This document shows, in pieces, positions 26,601-42,849 of a DNA stretch of 64,000 nucleotides. Under the pieces are notes generated by a model, which saw nothing but the letters and a program-made list of their open reading frames with translations, did not search any database and had not been told where the DNA came from. Origin of the DNA: Macrostomum lignano (lineage: Eukaryota); contig NIVC01000024.1 of the NCBI GenBank assembly GCA_002269645.1, positions 829,437-893,436 of the forward strand, in the 5' to 3' direction. Every line of letters begins with the position of its first letter. Positions within the stretch are counted from its first letter, which is position 1. The position numbers were made by a program, and so were the translations under genes.

Positions 26601-27892
26601 TCCTCCGTCTCTTTCCTCTCATGTCTTCTCTCTCATCTCATCTCTTCTCTCCCCCCTCATCTCTTCTCTCTCCTCTCATCTCTTCTCTCCCCCCTCATCT
26701 CTTCTCTCCCCTCTCATCTCTTCTCTACCCCTCATCTCTTCTCTCCCTCTCATCTCTTCTCTCCCTCTCATCTCTTATCTCCCTCTCATCTCTTCTCTCC
26801 CTCTCCTCTTCTCTCCCTCTCCTCTTCTCTCCCTCTCCTCTTCTCTCCCTTCTCATCTCTTCTCTCCCTCTCATCTCTTCTCTCCCTCTCATCTCTTCTC
26901 TCCCTCTCCTCTTCTCTCCCTCTCCTCTTCTCTCCCTCTCCTCTTCTCTCCCTTCTCATCTCTTCTCTCCCTCTTATCTCTTCTCTCCCTCTCATCTCTT
27001 CTCTCCCCTCTCATCTCTTCTGTCCCTCTCATCTCTTCTCTCCCTTTTCATCTCTTGTCTCTCCCAGCTTAGCTGCATAGTTCGAATTCCCAACATAATT
27101 CAGCGTTCTTGTTAGTTGAGTATCATGGCTGCCTTGCATGCAGTTTCTCGAGTAAACCGTATGCTTTTTCACTCGCTGCTTTTACCGGCAATTATTAATT
27201 TATGCGGACATTAAATACTATCCTCGGAAACTGGACTCTGTGATAGATATTTATATTCTATCAGCCCAAAGGAAGTTCAGTTCGAAAGCAGAAATGTCTC
27301 AAACTCAGCCCGCCTCTCTGCGGCTCGAGTGTATTCTGCCGAAGACCATAAAGCATGCAATATCGCGTGACAAACGCTGGAATTTCCTGAGCACTAATTG
27401 TTTAGTTTGAAGCACTGCTCTCCTGATCCTGGATTGGCTGCGTCTGTCTGATATCACAGAGGCAAAATATCTTTACTGTATTCTCCTGGTGGCTCCGGCA
27501 GCAGAGACATGGAAAGAAAGGAGCAGCTGGGGTGACTCACACAGATTGGGTGACAGCTGGGGTGACTCACACAGATTGGGTGACAGCTGGGGTGACTCAC
27601 ACAGATTGGGTGACAGCTGGGGTGACTCACACAGATTGGGTGACAGCTGGGGTGACTCACACAGATTGGGTGACAGCTGGGGTGACTCACACAGATTGGG
27701 TGACAGCTGGGGTGACTCACACAGATTGGGTGACAGCTGGGGTGACTCGCACAGATTGGGTGACAGCTGGGGTGACTCACACAGATTGGGTGACAGCTGG
27801 GGTGACTCACATGATTTCGATTCGCTGAAATCAATTCACTCAGTAAATCAAGTTAAGAATTAATGTTGAATGTGCACTGCACATTGCTCTTT

Positions 27893-27930
<38 letters not shown>

Positions 27931-30900
27931 TGTGTCAGTCGGGCAAGGAGCAGAACCCGCACTACCTGAAGAGTCCAGCTGACCAATCCAACAAATCGGA
28001 TGCGGTAGACTCTGCAAACTCGCCACTGTCGGTGGACCAGCAACTGCTCAGGGGCTTAGCCAGATCTGATTACTATTTGATGCAGCACCGGAGGCTGGCC
28101 GAGCAGTCGGTCGGTAGGAGAAGCAAATCCGGGTCGAAGAAGCTGCGCCAACCGCCACCACCTGTAGAGGCTGGGGTCCGCGACTGCGAGAACCTCGGAG
28201 AGGAGTCGGACGAGCTGTTCTCTGCCGCTGTGGTCAGTGCCGACATTGTGTGCCCGCATTTCTTCGTACTCCAGCCTTGGGTCACAGTTTTGGTGATGCA
28301 TTGGTCACAGTTCTGGTGATGCATTGGTCACAGTTCTGGTGATGCATTGGTCACAGTTCATATCACTCTAATTGGTCACAGTTCTGGTGATTGGTCACAG
28401 TTCTGGTGATTAGTCACAGTTCTGTTCATGCATTGGTCACAGTTCTGGTGATGCATTGGTCACAGTTCTGGTGATGCATTGGTCAAAGTTCTGGTGATGC
28501 ATTGGTCACAGTTCTGGTGATGCATTGGTCACAGTTCTGGTGATGCATTGGTCAAAGTTCTGGTGATGCATTGGTCACAGTTCTGGTGATGGTGATACAT
28601 TGGTTACAGTTCTGGTGATGCATTGGTCACAGTTCTGGTGATGCATTGGTCACAGTTCTGGTGATGCATTGGTCACAGTTCTGGTGATGCATTGGTCACA
28701 GTTCTGGTGATGCATTGGTCACAGTTCTGGTGATGCATTGGTCACAGTTCTGGTGATGCATTGGTTACAGTTCTGGTGATGCATTGGTCACAGTTCTGGT
28801 GATGCATTGGTCACAGTTCTGTTCATGCATTGGTCACAGTTCATATCACTCTAATTGGTCACAGTTCTGGTGATTGGTCACAGTTCTGGTGATTGGTCAC
28901 AGTTCTGTTCATGCATTGGTCACAGTTCATGTCACAACACATTGGTCACAGTTCATATCACTCTAATTGGTCACAGTTTATGTCACACACATTGGTCACA
29001 GTTCATATCACTCTAATTGGTCACAGTTTATGTCACACACATTGGTCACAGTTCATATCACTCTAATTGGTCACAGTTTATGTCACACACATTGGTCACA
29101 GTTCATGTCACACTATAATTGGTCACAGGTGTCCACCGCGCTTGATTCACCGGAAGTAGCTGGCGTTTCTAAGAAAGACAACGCCAATTCGCTTTTAAAA
29201 GAAAAGCAAAAGAAGAAGCGGAAGAAGGCAAAGCGCGAGTCAGTGAGCTCCTCGGTCGGAGACTACGAAAGCTTGCCAAACTCAAAGCTCAATAATTCGA
29301 AGGCGAAGTCGGTTAATCTGACCGAATACCTCACCGTGAGCAGCCTCTCTCCCGGCTGCGTGGAGCAGTCCGACCTGACAGCTAAACTGGAACTGGCTTG
29401 GCCAACTGATGCTGAGCAGAGGCTGCTGCATCTGAGACTGCGGGCTCCGGCTCGGCTATCAGTGGTGTCGGCGCACCTGCTCACTCTCGCTGCTCAAGAG
29501 CCGGCAGACACGCCTGTACACTTTCCTGGGTGCCCGCTGGCTCCTGGACAGTGCACCGCTTCCGTCTGCGTGCCAGTGAGTCTGTGGGGCATCGAGATTG
29601 TTTTCCAGATTTATAATTCAGTTGTGCCAGTCTGTAGAGTCAGTTGTGCCAGTCTGTAGAGTCTGTTGTGCCAGTCTGTAGAGTCTGTTGTGCCAGTCTG
29701 TAGAGTCTGTTGTGCCAGTCTGTAGAGTCTGTTGTGCCAGTCTGTAGAGTCTGTTGTGCCAGTCTGTAGAGTCTGTTGTGCCAGTCTGTAGAGTCTGTTG
29801 TGCCAGTCTGTAGAGTCTGTTGTGCCAGTCTGTAGAGTCTGTTGTGCCAGTCTGTAGAGTCTGTTGTGCCAGTCTGTAGAGTCTGTTGTGCCAGTCTGTA
29901 GAGTCTGTTGTGCCAGTCTGTAGAGTCTGTTGTGCCAGTCTGTAGAGTCTGTTGTGCCAGTCTGTAGAGTCAGTTGTGCCAGTCTGTAGAGTCAGTTGTG
30001 CCAGTCTGTAGAGTCAGTTGTCCCAGTCTGTAGAATCAATTGTCCCAGTCTGTAGAGTCAGTTGTCCAGAGAGTCCTACCAGTCCGCAGTCTGAGAGTCC
30101 CTCAGTCCGCAGTCTGAGAGTCCCCCAGTCCGCAGCCTGAGAGTCCCCAGTCCGCAACCTGAGAGTCCCCAGTCCGCAGCCTGAGTGTCCCCCAGTCCGC
30201 AATCTGAGAGTCCCCCAGTCCGCAGCCTGAGAGTCCCCCAGTCCGCAGCCTGAGAGTCCCCAGTCCGCAGCCTGAGAGTCCCCAGTCCGCAGCCTGAGAG
30301 TCCCCAGTCCGCAGCCTGAGAGTCCCCCAGTCCGCAGCCTGAGAGTCCCCCAGTCCGCAGCCTGAGAGTCCCCAGTCCGCAACCTGAGAGTCCCCAGTCC
30401 GCAGCCTGAGTGTCCCCCAGTCCGCAATCTGAGAGTCCCCCAGTCCGCAGCCTGAGAGTCCCCAGTCCGCAGCCTGAGAGTCCCCAGTCCGCAGCCTGAG
30501 AGTCCCCAGTCCGCAGCCTGAGAGTCCCCAGTCCGCAGCCTGAGAGTCCCCAGTCCGCAGCCTGAGAGTCCCCCAGTCCGCAGCCTGAGAGTCCCCCAGT
30601 CCGCAGCCTGAGAGTCCCCAGTCCGCAACCTGAGAGTCCCCAGTCCGCAGCCTGAGTGTCCCCCAGTCCGCAATCTGAGAGTCCCCCAGTCCGCAGCCTG
30701 AGAGTCCCCCAATCCGCAGCCTGAGAGTCCCCAGTCCGCAGCCTGAGAGTCCCCAGTCCGCAGCCTGAGAGTCCCCCAGTCCGCAGCCTGAGAGTCCCCA
30801 GTCCGCAGCCTGAGAGTCCCCCAGTCCGCAGCCTGAGAGTCCCCCAGTCCGCAGCCTGAGAGTCCCCAGTCCGCAGCCTGAGAGTCCCCAGTCCGCAGCC

Positions 30901-31517
30901 TGAGAGTCCCCCAGTCCGCAGCCTGAGAGTCCCCAGTCCGCAGCCTGAGAGTCCCCAGTCCGCTGCCTGAGAGTCCCCAGTCCGCAGCCTGAGAGTCCCC
31001 CAGTCCGCAGCCTGAGAGTCCCCCAGTCCGCAGCCTGAGAGTCCGCACCCTGCCGCACCCTCAGTGGAGCAGCAAGCGCCGCGCCAGGCTGAAGCTGCAC
31101 TGCCTGTTTGGCGACGCGGTGAATTTTTGCGTCGCCGACGTTCGTCTGCCGTCGCTCCGCTTGTCCGCGCAGCTCCGCCCGGATTCGTCGATGACGCCGG
31201 AGCTGCTTCAGCAGCGCGTGGCCGAAGGCCGCCTGCCCGGGCAGGCGCAAGTTCAGCTACGCCTCGTTGCTAAGGGCGCCACCGAGTTTGGCGCTATCGA
31301 AGCTCGGCTGGCGCCGATCGCGCGCCCTCTCATTTCGGCGCCGAATTCGACGCTCTGCGCCTCGGTCGATTCTCGAGGTTGGTCGGCCTCCCTGCTGGCG
31401 AAATTGTCGGCTGACTCGTCGGTCAGACTGGAGATCCGGGCCAGGGATCAGGCTGCGGCGGACGGGCTGGCCGAGGAGCTGCGCTGGGTTCTTGATCGAT
31501 CGGTTTCTTCACTCTGA
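20680..31517 (+). CDS. AP3D1: AP-3 complex subunit delta (divergent). Exons 20680-20793, ~22114-22465, 23052-23451, 24208-24420, 25296-25951, 26229-26595, 27897-28232, 29129-29575, 31065-31517
   Basis: Colinear with delta-adaptin: MAISSVAGSL, FALKRLAYLAAS, TNLLRKDL, LEPRLGRKLIDP, LLYECVNT, LGLMSM, NFDWYI, AAAWLYAEF, LEVQERA, LDLEAWINAP, NPHYLKS. Junctions from exon 2 onward are phase-consistent; the exon1/exon2 junction is not resolved. Confidence 0.85.
20885..21955. repeat. CT-rich low-complexity/polypyrimidine tract (similar tract 26605-27065; GA-rich tract 26000-26155)
   Basis: Direct inspection; source of the SLLFS / REEKR ORFs. Confidence 0.9.
22572..22995. mobile_element. Dispersed MITE-like repeat, right-truncated copy of the element at 32561-32956
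   Basis: AGATGGGCCACTCAGCA...GAAAGCTGTTTTGCTAAGTATTG closely matches 32577-32910. Confidence 0.7.
23600..24175. repeat. 20/24-bp minisatellite (GAGACACTTATCGGAGA[GACA]GCT)n, AP3D1 intron
   Basis: Tandem units. Confidence 0.92.
24468..25260. repeat. 12-bp minisatellite (CCCACCCAGATC)n, AP3D1 intron
   Basis: Tandem units; explains RSPP / GGDL ORFs. Confidence 0.95.
27525..27812. repeat. 30-bp minisatellite (GGGTGACAGCTGGGGTGACTCACACAGATT)n
   Basis: About 9-10 homogeneous units; reverse complement of the array at 33325-33915. Confidence 0.92.
28280..29128. repeat. 23-bp minisatellite (TTGGTCACAGTTCTGGTGATGCA)n with longer variant units
   Basis: Tandem units; the last TTGGTCACAG is the acceptor of the next AP3D1 exon. 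Confidence 0.92.
29620..30070. repeat. 22-bp minisatellite (GTTGTGCCAGTCTGTAGAGTCT)n
   Basis: Tandem units. Confidence 0.93.
30080..31045. repeat. 22/23-bp minisatellite (CAGTCCGCAGCCTGAGAGTCCCC)n
   Basis: Tandem units; explains DSQAADWG ORFs. Confidence 0.93.
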
Positions 31518-31546
31518 TGCAGAGTGTGGTGCGTTTTCTAGCAACG

Positions 31547-32215
31547 GTTGCTATGGAAACAAGCCGATAAATAATCAGCCACGGTTGCTATGGTAACAAG
31601 CCGAAACAATATACTATAACAACGATTGTTATTACAATAATTCTAGAGAAACTACTATAGAAACGGTTGCTATGGAAATAAATCGTGAGAAAATATCATA
31701 GCAACGGTTGCTATGGAAACAAGCCGAGAAATTATCATAGCAACGGTTGCTATGGAAATAAGCCGAGAAATTATCATAGCAACGGTTGCTATGGAAACAA
31801 GCTGAGAAATTATCATAGCAACGGTTGCTATGGAAACAAGCTGAGAAATTATCATAGCAACGGTTGCTATGGAAATAAGCCGAGAAATTATCATAGCAAC
31901 GGTTGCTATGGAAACAAGCTGAGAAATTATCATAGCAACGGTTGCTATGGAAATAAGCCGAGAAATTATCATGGCAACGCTTGCTATGGAAACAAGCCGA
32001 AACAATATACTATAGCAACGATTGCTATAACAATAATTCGAGAGAAACTACTATAGAAACGGTTGCTATGGAAATAGATCGAGAGAAACTATCATAGCAA
32101 TGTTTTCTATGGAAACAAGTCGAGAGGAAATACCATTGCAACGGTTGCTAATTAAGAAAATAAATCAAAGGCTATGATATGGTGTTCATGTGACAGCGGT
32201 TGCTATGGTAACACG
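31547..32215. promoter_or_regulatory. 39-bp tandem repeat whose unit contains an RFX X-box-like motif GTTGCTATGG(A/T)AA(C/T); about 13 copies
   Basis: Repeat seen directly; GTTGCTATGGAAAC / GTTGCTATGGTAAC fit the X-box consensus. Regulatory function is untested. Confidence 0.55.
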
Positions 32216-32560
32216 TCACAAATGCTTCACAAAGATTTAAAAAAAATCCTATCAAGATGGCTTAAGTAACAGCACAGCCATGACACAGTTTGATTAGCAT
32301 GACATGTAATTTAGCCGTGCAGTGTTGTTCAGAATTGCGTGCCTTAACTTAATAGTATTTTTTAAATATTTGTTTTCAAATATTTGTTGTTTATTAAACG
32401 GTTGAAGGTATTTTTCGTCTTTAATAGAATCTATTTTGGTTCATTATTTTCAGTGCTTCATCGCGAGTATTTGTCAGGTTTCAAAGTGTGTACATTATGC
32501 ACTTTTAGGCTAATGAAAATATATTTGCTGTTATTTCAATTAGGTATTTACCACGTTTAC

Positions 32561-32956
32561 CACAGATACTAAAATAAGATGGGCCACTCAGCACATTTGC
32601 GTGCAAGCTACTTTCAGTTCAGTAGTAAGTTAAACGGAAACATTTTAATTCATTTTTAATGCCAATGCTCATTTATTGGCTCTTACCCCCCTCACTTAAA
32701 CCCTCCAACCGCGCCTTTCCACACCACCCCACCCCCAGTGGACTGGCCAATGTACATTATGGCTGAACCAATTAGCCAGTTGTTTACGCCTGCAAGCTTG
32801 GGCTTCTGAACTTATCAAAGTAATTTCAGCTGCCTCTATTTTTATAAAATAGCTTCTGTATTCTTCTCTGCTACTGAACTGAAAGTAGAAAGCTGTTTTG
32901 CTAAGTATTGCAATATATGTGCCTGAGTGGCCCATCTGGTTATTCTAGTATCTGTG
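32561..32956. mobile_element. MITE-like element with ~35-bp imperfect TIRs
   Basis: CACAGATACTAAAATAAGATGGGCCACTCAG... / ...CTGAGTGGCCCATCTGGTTATTCTAGTATCTGTG; second copy at 22572; TSD only degenerate. Confidence 0.72.
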
Positions 32957-33324
32957 CCATGTTACTTAATTATTTTTCGTCGTCTTGTGCGGTGACTTTC
33001 TGCAGCTTATTTTAATAATTTTTATTCCAGTCAGTTTCTGTGTTTGTTATGTAAGTCAGATTTTATATTTTTCAAATATGACTGGTTTCATTTTTATCGC
33101 CTTCATCTGTTCCTCATAGCGCCACGGAGATGCTTCTGCTATTTCTCGTTTTCCAGTCAGTTCTCGTGCAGCAAAAGTATTCTTAACTAGTCACGTTTGA
33201 GTCCCAGCAGCTCTTCTCCTCATTGATATTATTCTTTTCTCATCTCGCATACATGTTAATGTGCTTGTTGCTCTGGCTCTGCAACCACCTTGTGTTTTTG
33301 CTTTATCTCACAAACTACAGCTGT

Positions 33325-33915
33325 CACCCAATCTGTGCGAGTCACCCCAGCTGTCACCCAATCTGTGCGAGTCACCCCAGCTGTCACCCTATCTGTGTGA
33401 GTCACCCCAGCTGTCACCCAATCTGAGAGTCACCCCAGCTGTCACCCTATCTGTGTGAGTCACCCCAGCTGTCACCCAATCTGTGTGAGTCACCCCAGCT
33501 GTCACCCCATCTGTGTACGTCACCCCCAGCTGTCACCCCATCTTTGAGTCACCCCAGGTGCCACCCTATCTGTGTGAGTCACCCCAGCTAACTATCTATG
33601 AGTCACTCCAGCTGTCACCCCATCTGTGTGAGTCACCCCAGCTGTCACCCCATCTGTGTGAGTCACCCCAGCTGTCACCCCATCTGTGTGAGTCACCCCA
33701 GCTGTTACCCTATCTGTGTACGTCACCCCCAGCTGTCACCCCATCTGTGAGTCACCCCATCTGAGTCACCCCAGGTGCCACCCTATCTGTGTGAGTCACC
33801 CCAGCTAACTATCTATGAGTCACCCCAGCTGTCAACCCATCTGTGAGTCACCCCATCTGTGAGTCACCCCTGCTGTCACCCCGTCTGTGAGTCCCCCATC
33901 TGTGAGTCACCCCAA
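33325..33915. repeat. 30-bp minisatellite (CAGCTGTCACCCAATCTGTGTGAGTCACCC)n, more degenerate
   Basis: Inverse of the 27525-27812 unit. Confidence 0.9.
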
Positions 33916-34497
33916 CTGCCCCTTGTTTCCTTCTCTCAAAAAAGCAACTCTCAATTATCATGCATTGATCGGTGACTTCCACACTGCAGCAATATATTAA
34001 AGTTGTCAAACTTGTGTCCAATTCTTCATGGGACATTTTTAAAACAGTTGACTGTATTCCAAAATTCTTTTGCTATGACTGTCTTTCTTTTTGAGATTAA
34101 CCGTTTTACTCCCAGTAATAGTTTTCATTGTTTTTTGACAACACACGAAGCAATATCTATTGCACTGCTTGCAATAGCTGGCTTTGAATTTACTCCTCTC
34201 TGTCGGTGTTTGTGCTCTTGTATTTGTGTCTGACTGTCTGTCTGTTTACCTTTCTGCTAGATATTTTAAGTTTTTTTATCGTTATTAATTGAGATTTGGT
34301 GTCCAATTTCCAATGCTGAACTATAAAGTTTGAAAAGCACTTCCAATGAGAGAAAAATTCTTTAATTGTGTTTTTTATTTACAAATTGCACTACTTATAA
34401 AACTTGATAGCTTAGTAGTGCAGTAAAAATACGGTTTTGATTTTTTGCAATGCGATGTTTGGGTTAAATTAACATAAAAAGTAGGTAGAATCACGGA

Positions 34498-35220
34498 CTA
34501 ACTGAACCACCAGCTGACCCACTAACTGACCCACCAGCTGACCCACCAACTGACCCACCAGCTGACCCATCAACTGACCCACCAGCTGACCCATCAACTG
34601 ACCCACCAGCTGACCCATCAACTGAACCACCAACTGACCCACCAACTGCCAAACTGACCCATCAACTGACCCACCAACTGACCCACCAGCTGACCCATCA
34701 ACTGACCCACCAGCTGACCCATCAACTGAACCACCAACTGACCCACCAACTGCCAAACTGACCCACCAACTGACCCACCAGCTGACCCACCAACTGACCC
34801 ATCAACTGACCCACCAACTGACCCATCAACTGACCCACCAGCTGACCCATCAACTGAACCACCAACTGACCCACCAACTGCCAAACTGACCCACCAACTG
34901 ACCCACCAGCTGACCCACCAACTGACCCATCAACTGACCCACCAACTGACCCATCAACTGACCCACCAACTGACTCATTAACTGACCCACCAGCTGACCC
35001 ACCAAATGACCCACCAACTGACCCATCAACTGACCCACCAACTGACCCACCAGCTGACCCACCAGCTGACCCACCAGCTGACCCACCAACTGACCCATCA
35101 ACTGACCCATCAACTGACCCATCAACTGACCCATCAACTGAACTACCAACTGACCCACAACTGACCCACCAGCTGACCCACCAACTGACCCAAACTGACC
35201 CAAACTAATCCACAACTGAC
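34498..35220. repeat. 12-bp minisatellite (CTGACCCACCAA/G)n
   Basis: Tandem units ending at the acceptor CTCCGCAG (35237). Confidence 0.92.
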
Positions 35221-35237
35221 CCGCCGACGCTCCGCAG

Positions 35238-39748
<4,511 letters not shown>

Positions 39749-40039
39749 CTAACTGTCAAATAATTTGTTCTCTTGCGCTATGCACTGGGTCCGATTTTTA
39801 ATGACATTCCAATTTTTTCTTTTCAATTTTTGTAGCCTTTTTTAGTGTTTTTCTACCGATATTACTGCATAGAGAATCTCGCGAAAGTTTTTTCTTGGGC
39901 GTTGACGCGTGCAGCTTCACTTGATGCTGGGTTGACTTTTTTTACCTGAGACATATTTACTAGTTATAATGTACTTTTTATTGATGAGATTGATTAGAAT
40001 CGTGAGCATTCCTTTTTCCTCTCCCTCGGTGTTTGAGAA

Positions 40040-41425
40040 TCTGCCTCTCCGCTCCCTCAGTGCTTGAGAATCTGCCTCTCCGCTCCCCTCAGTCACTGAA
40101 TCTGCCTCTCCGCCCCCCTCAGTCACTGAATCTGCCTCTCCGCTCCCTCAGTCACTGAATCTGCCTCTCCGCTCCCTCAGTCACTGAATCTGCCTCTCCG
40201 CTCCCTCAGTCACTGAATCTGCCTCTCCGCCCCCCTCAGTCACTGAATCTGCCTCTCCACCCCCCTCAGTCACTGAATCTGCCTCTCCGCTCCCTCAGTC
40301 ACTGAATCTGCCTCTCCGCCCCCCTCAGTCACTGAATCTGCCTCTCCACCCCCTCAGTCACTGAATCTGCCTCTCCACCCCCTTCAGTCACTGAATCTGC
40401 CTCTCCACCCCCTCAGCCACTGAATCTGCCTCTCCGCTCCCTTAGTGCTTGAGAATCTGCCTCTCCACCCCCCTCAGTCACTGAATCTGCCTCTCCACCC
40501 CCCTCAGTCACTGAATCTGCCTCTCCACCCCCCTCAGTCACTGAATCTGCCTCTCCACCCCCCTCAGTCACTGAATCTGCCTCTCCACCCCCTCAGTCAC
40601 TGAATCTGCCTCTCCGCCCCCTCAGTCACTGAATCTGCCTCTCCGCCCCCCTCAGTCACTGAATCTGCCTCTCCACCCCCTCAGTCACTGAATCTGCCTC
40701 TCCACCCCCTTCAGTCACTGAATCTGCCTCTCCACCCCCTCAGCCACTGAATCTGCCTCTCCGCTCCCTTAGTGCTTGAGAATCTGCCTCTCCACCCCCC
40801 TCAGTCACTGAATCTGCCTCTCCACCCCCCTCAGTCACTGAATCTGCCTCTCCACCCCCCTCAGTCACTGAATCTGCCTCTCCGCTCCCTCAGCCACTGA
40901 ATCTGCCTCTCCGCTCCCTTAGTGCTTGAGAATCTGCCTCTCCGCCCCCCTCAGCCACTGAATCTGCCTCTCCGCTCCCTTAGTGCTTGAGAATCTGCCT
41001 CTCCGCCCCCCTCAGCCACTGAATCTGCCTCTCCGCTCCCTTAGTGCTTGAGAATCTGCCTCTCCGCCCCCCTCAGTCACTGAATCTGCCTCTCCACCCC
41101 CTCAGTCACTGAATCTGCCTCTCCGCCCCCTCAGCCACTGAATCTGCCTCTCCGCCCCCTCAGTCACTGAATCTGCCTCTCCACCCCCTCAGTCACTGAA
41201 TCTGCCTCTCCACCCCCTCAGTCACTGAATCTGCCTCTCCGCCCCCTCAGTCACTGAATCTGCCTCTCCACCCCCTCAGTCACTGAATCTGCCTCTCCAC
41301 CCCCTCAGTCACTGAATCTGCCTCTCCGCCCCCTCAGCCACTGAATCTGCCTCTCCGCCCCCTCAGCCACTGAATCTGCCTCTCCGCCCCCTCAGCCACT
41401 GAATCTGCCTCTCCGCCCCCTCAGT
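40040..41425. repeat. ~28-29-bp minisatellite (CAGTCACTGAATCTGCCTCTCCGCCCCCT)n
   Basis: Tandem units. Confidence 0.93.
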
Positions 41426-41776
41426 TCTCAAACTGATTTCCGTCCTTTACTTAAATATTTAGCTTTTTTTGTCAACTGTGTTTAGAAGCATTCGAGAAAG
41501 GCTCACATTTTTATTCCAGTTTATGGTAAGCCAGCTGCCTTATTAGCTTGAGTAATTTTACGTGTGCCGCTTTTTCCACTATAGACATGTATTTAATGTT
41601 CTATTGATAATATAATTATAATTTATCGTATTTGCCAAGAAGTTAATCCAGAGGGCAATGAACCACGCAAACAAATTCTGTTTTCACTTAGCATTGATCT
41701 GCATGGCTTCAGATCGTAAATTCAAATCCGTAACATCTAATTAAAGTCATAGAGTAAGGCCATGCGAGTTGCAGCT

Positions 41777-42188
41777 TCAACCCGTCTCGAACTCCGCCTC
41801 TACTTGAGCGTCGTTGAACAGTCGGACAGTCGGATGCAGTCACAGTTGACACCACTATTTGACTTATTGTTGGAAACAGCTCGACGTCCTCCGGGACGAT
41901 GTCGTTTCCAGTGACCCTCTGCCAGCAGGCTCTGCTCCTGCGGTCTCTCATCGGTCAGGTTGCTCAATCCGGCCCACAGGTTGCAGCTGCAGCCGGCACC
42001 GAGTTGAGCAGCTCGCCTCCGATCGATGCGCACTGCCGATTGGCTGAGCACCAGCTGTGGCTGTGAGCTGTGCTCACGAACAGGCACAGACCGGCCTGCA
42101 TGGTGAACGGTGCGGGACACGGCAGGAGCAGCTGCAGTAGCTTTAATGTCATAGAAAAAAAGAAAAAAGGCAGAAGGCGCAGTTCCAT
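41777..42188 (-). pseudogene. C-type lectin pseudogene (paralog of 43382-44134)
   Basis: PCPAPFTMQAGLCLFVSTAHSHSWCSANRQCASIGGELLNS, then frameshifts and deletions; remnants CSCNLWAGLS, WQRVTGN and FNDAQVEAEFET lie in different frames. Confidence 0.8.
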
Positions 42189-42220
42189 CGCCTGTTGACA
42201 CAGACAAACAGTCTGCGAGT

Positions 42221-42375
42221 CACTCTGGTGTGAGTGAGCGGGCGGCAGATTCACAAACAAAAAGGCGAATCACTCTGGTGTGAGTGAGCGGGCGGCAGAT
42301 TCACAAACAAAAAGGCGAATCACTCTGGTGTGAGTGAGCGGGCGGCAGATTCACAAACAAAAAGGCGAATCACTT
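42221..42375. repeat. Three tandem 50-bp repeats upstream of the lectin pseudogene
   Basis: CACTCTGGTGTGAGTGAGCGGGCGGCAGATTCACAAACAAAAAGGCGAAT at 42221, 42271, 42321. Confidence 0.9.
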
Positions 42376-42494
42376 TTTGCTTGTTTGTAGTAAAATTCAA
42401 AGCTGATTCCTTCCAAATTCGATAAGATCTTAAAAATTCTCACTCTGATAAAAAGCATTCAATACTTTTAATAATACTATTGATATTATTTTTT

Positions 42495-42849
42495 TTATTA
42501 TTAGAGGCAGGGGGTTGTGTGCACCATGGCGCACTTTAAGCGACATAGGCACACAACCGGCGAGAGGCATTACTGCCCATTCCGCCGACTCCCCTGAGCA
42601 GGCACACAAGCGCGCGGATACGTACGCAGGCACACACTCACACAGGAGTGTACAGCGGCCCTAACTTTATATTATCGTTAGGCATGTACACTTCACTGCG
42701 CCTTGGGGGGTTGGCTCTCAAGGCCGTTAATTGCACGAGCAGAGCCAAGCCGAGATTCCAATTCAGCCCCAAATTAATGTGACTGCACTTGGAATCGAGC
42801 CTGGGTCGCTGGCACACCACAGCAGCTGCGCTACCGCTGGGCTACGGCC
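42495..42849 (-). mobile_element. tRNA-derived SINE, family B (copy lacking the head at 55135-55420)
   Basis: Minus strand begins GGCCGTAGCCCAGCGGTAGCG (A-box-like) ...GGCTCGATTCC (B-box-like) and ends in a TAA/A tail; body matches 55135-55420. Confidence 0.7.

Noticed and set aside
42791-42849. tRNA gene calls here and at 58430-58505
   Set aside because: A/B boxes are present but there is no complete cloverleaf, and each continues into a body repeated elsewhere, so they are called SINE heads.
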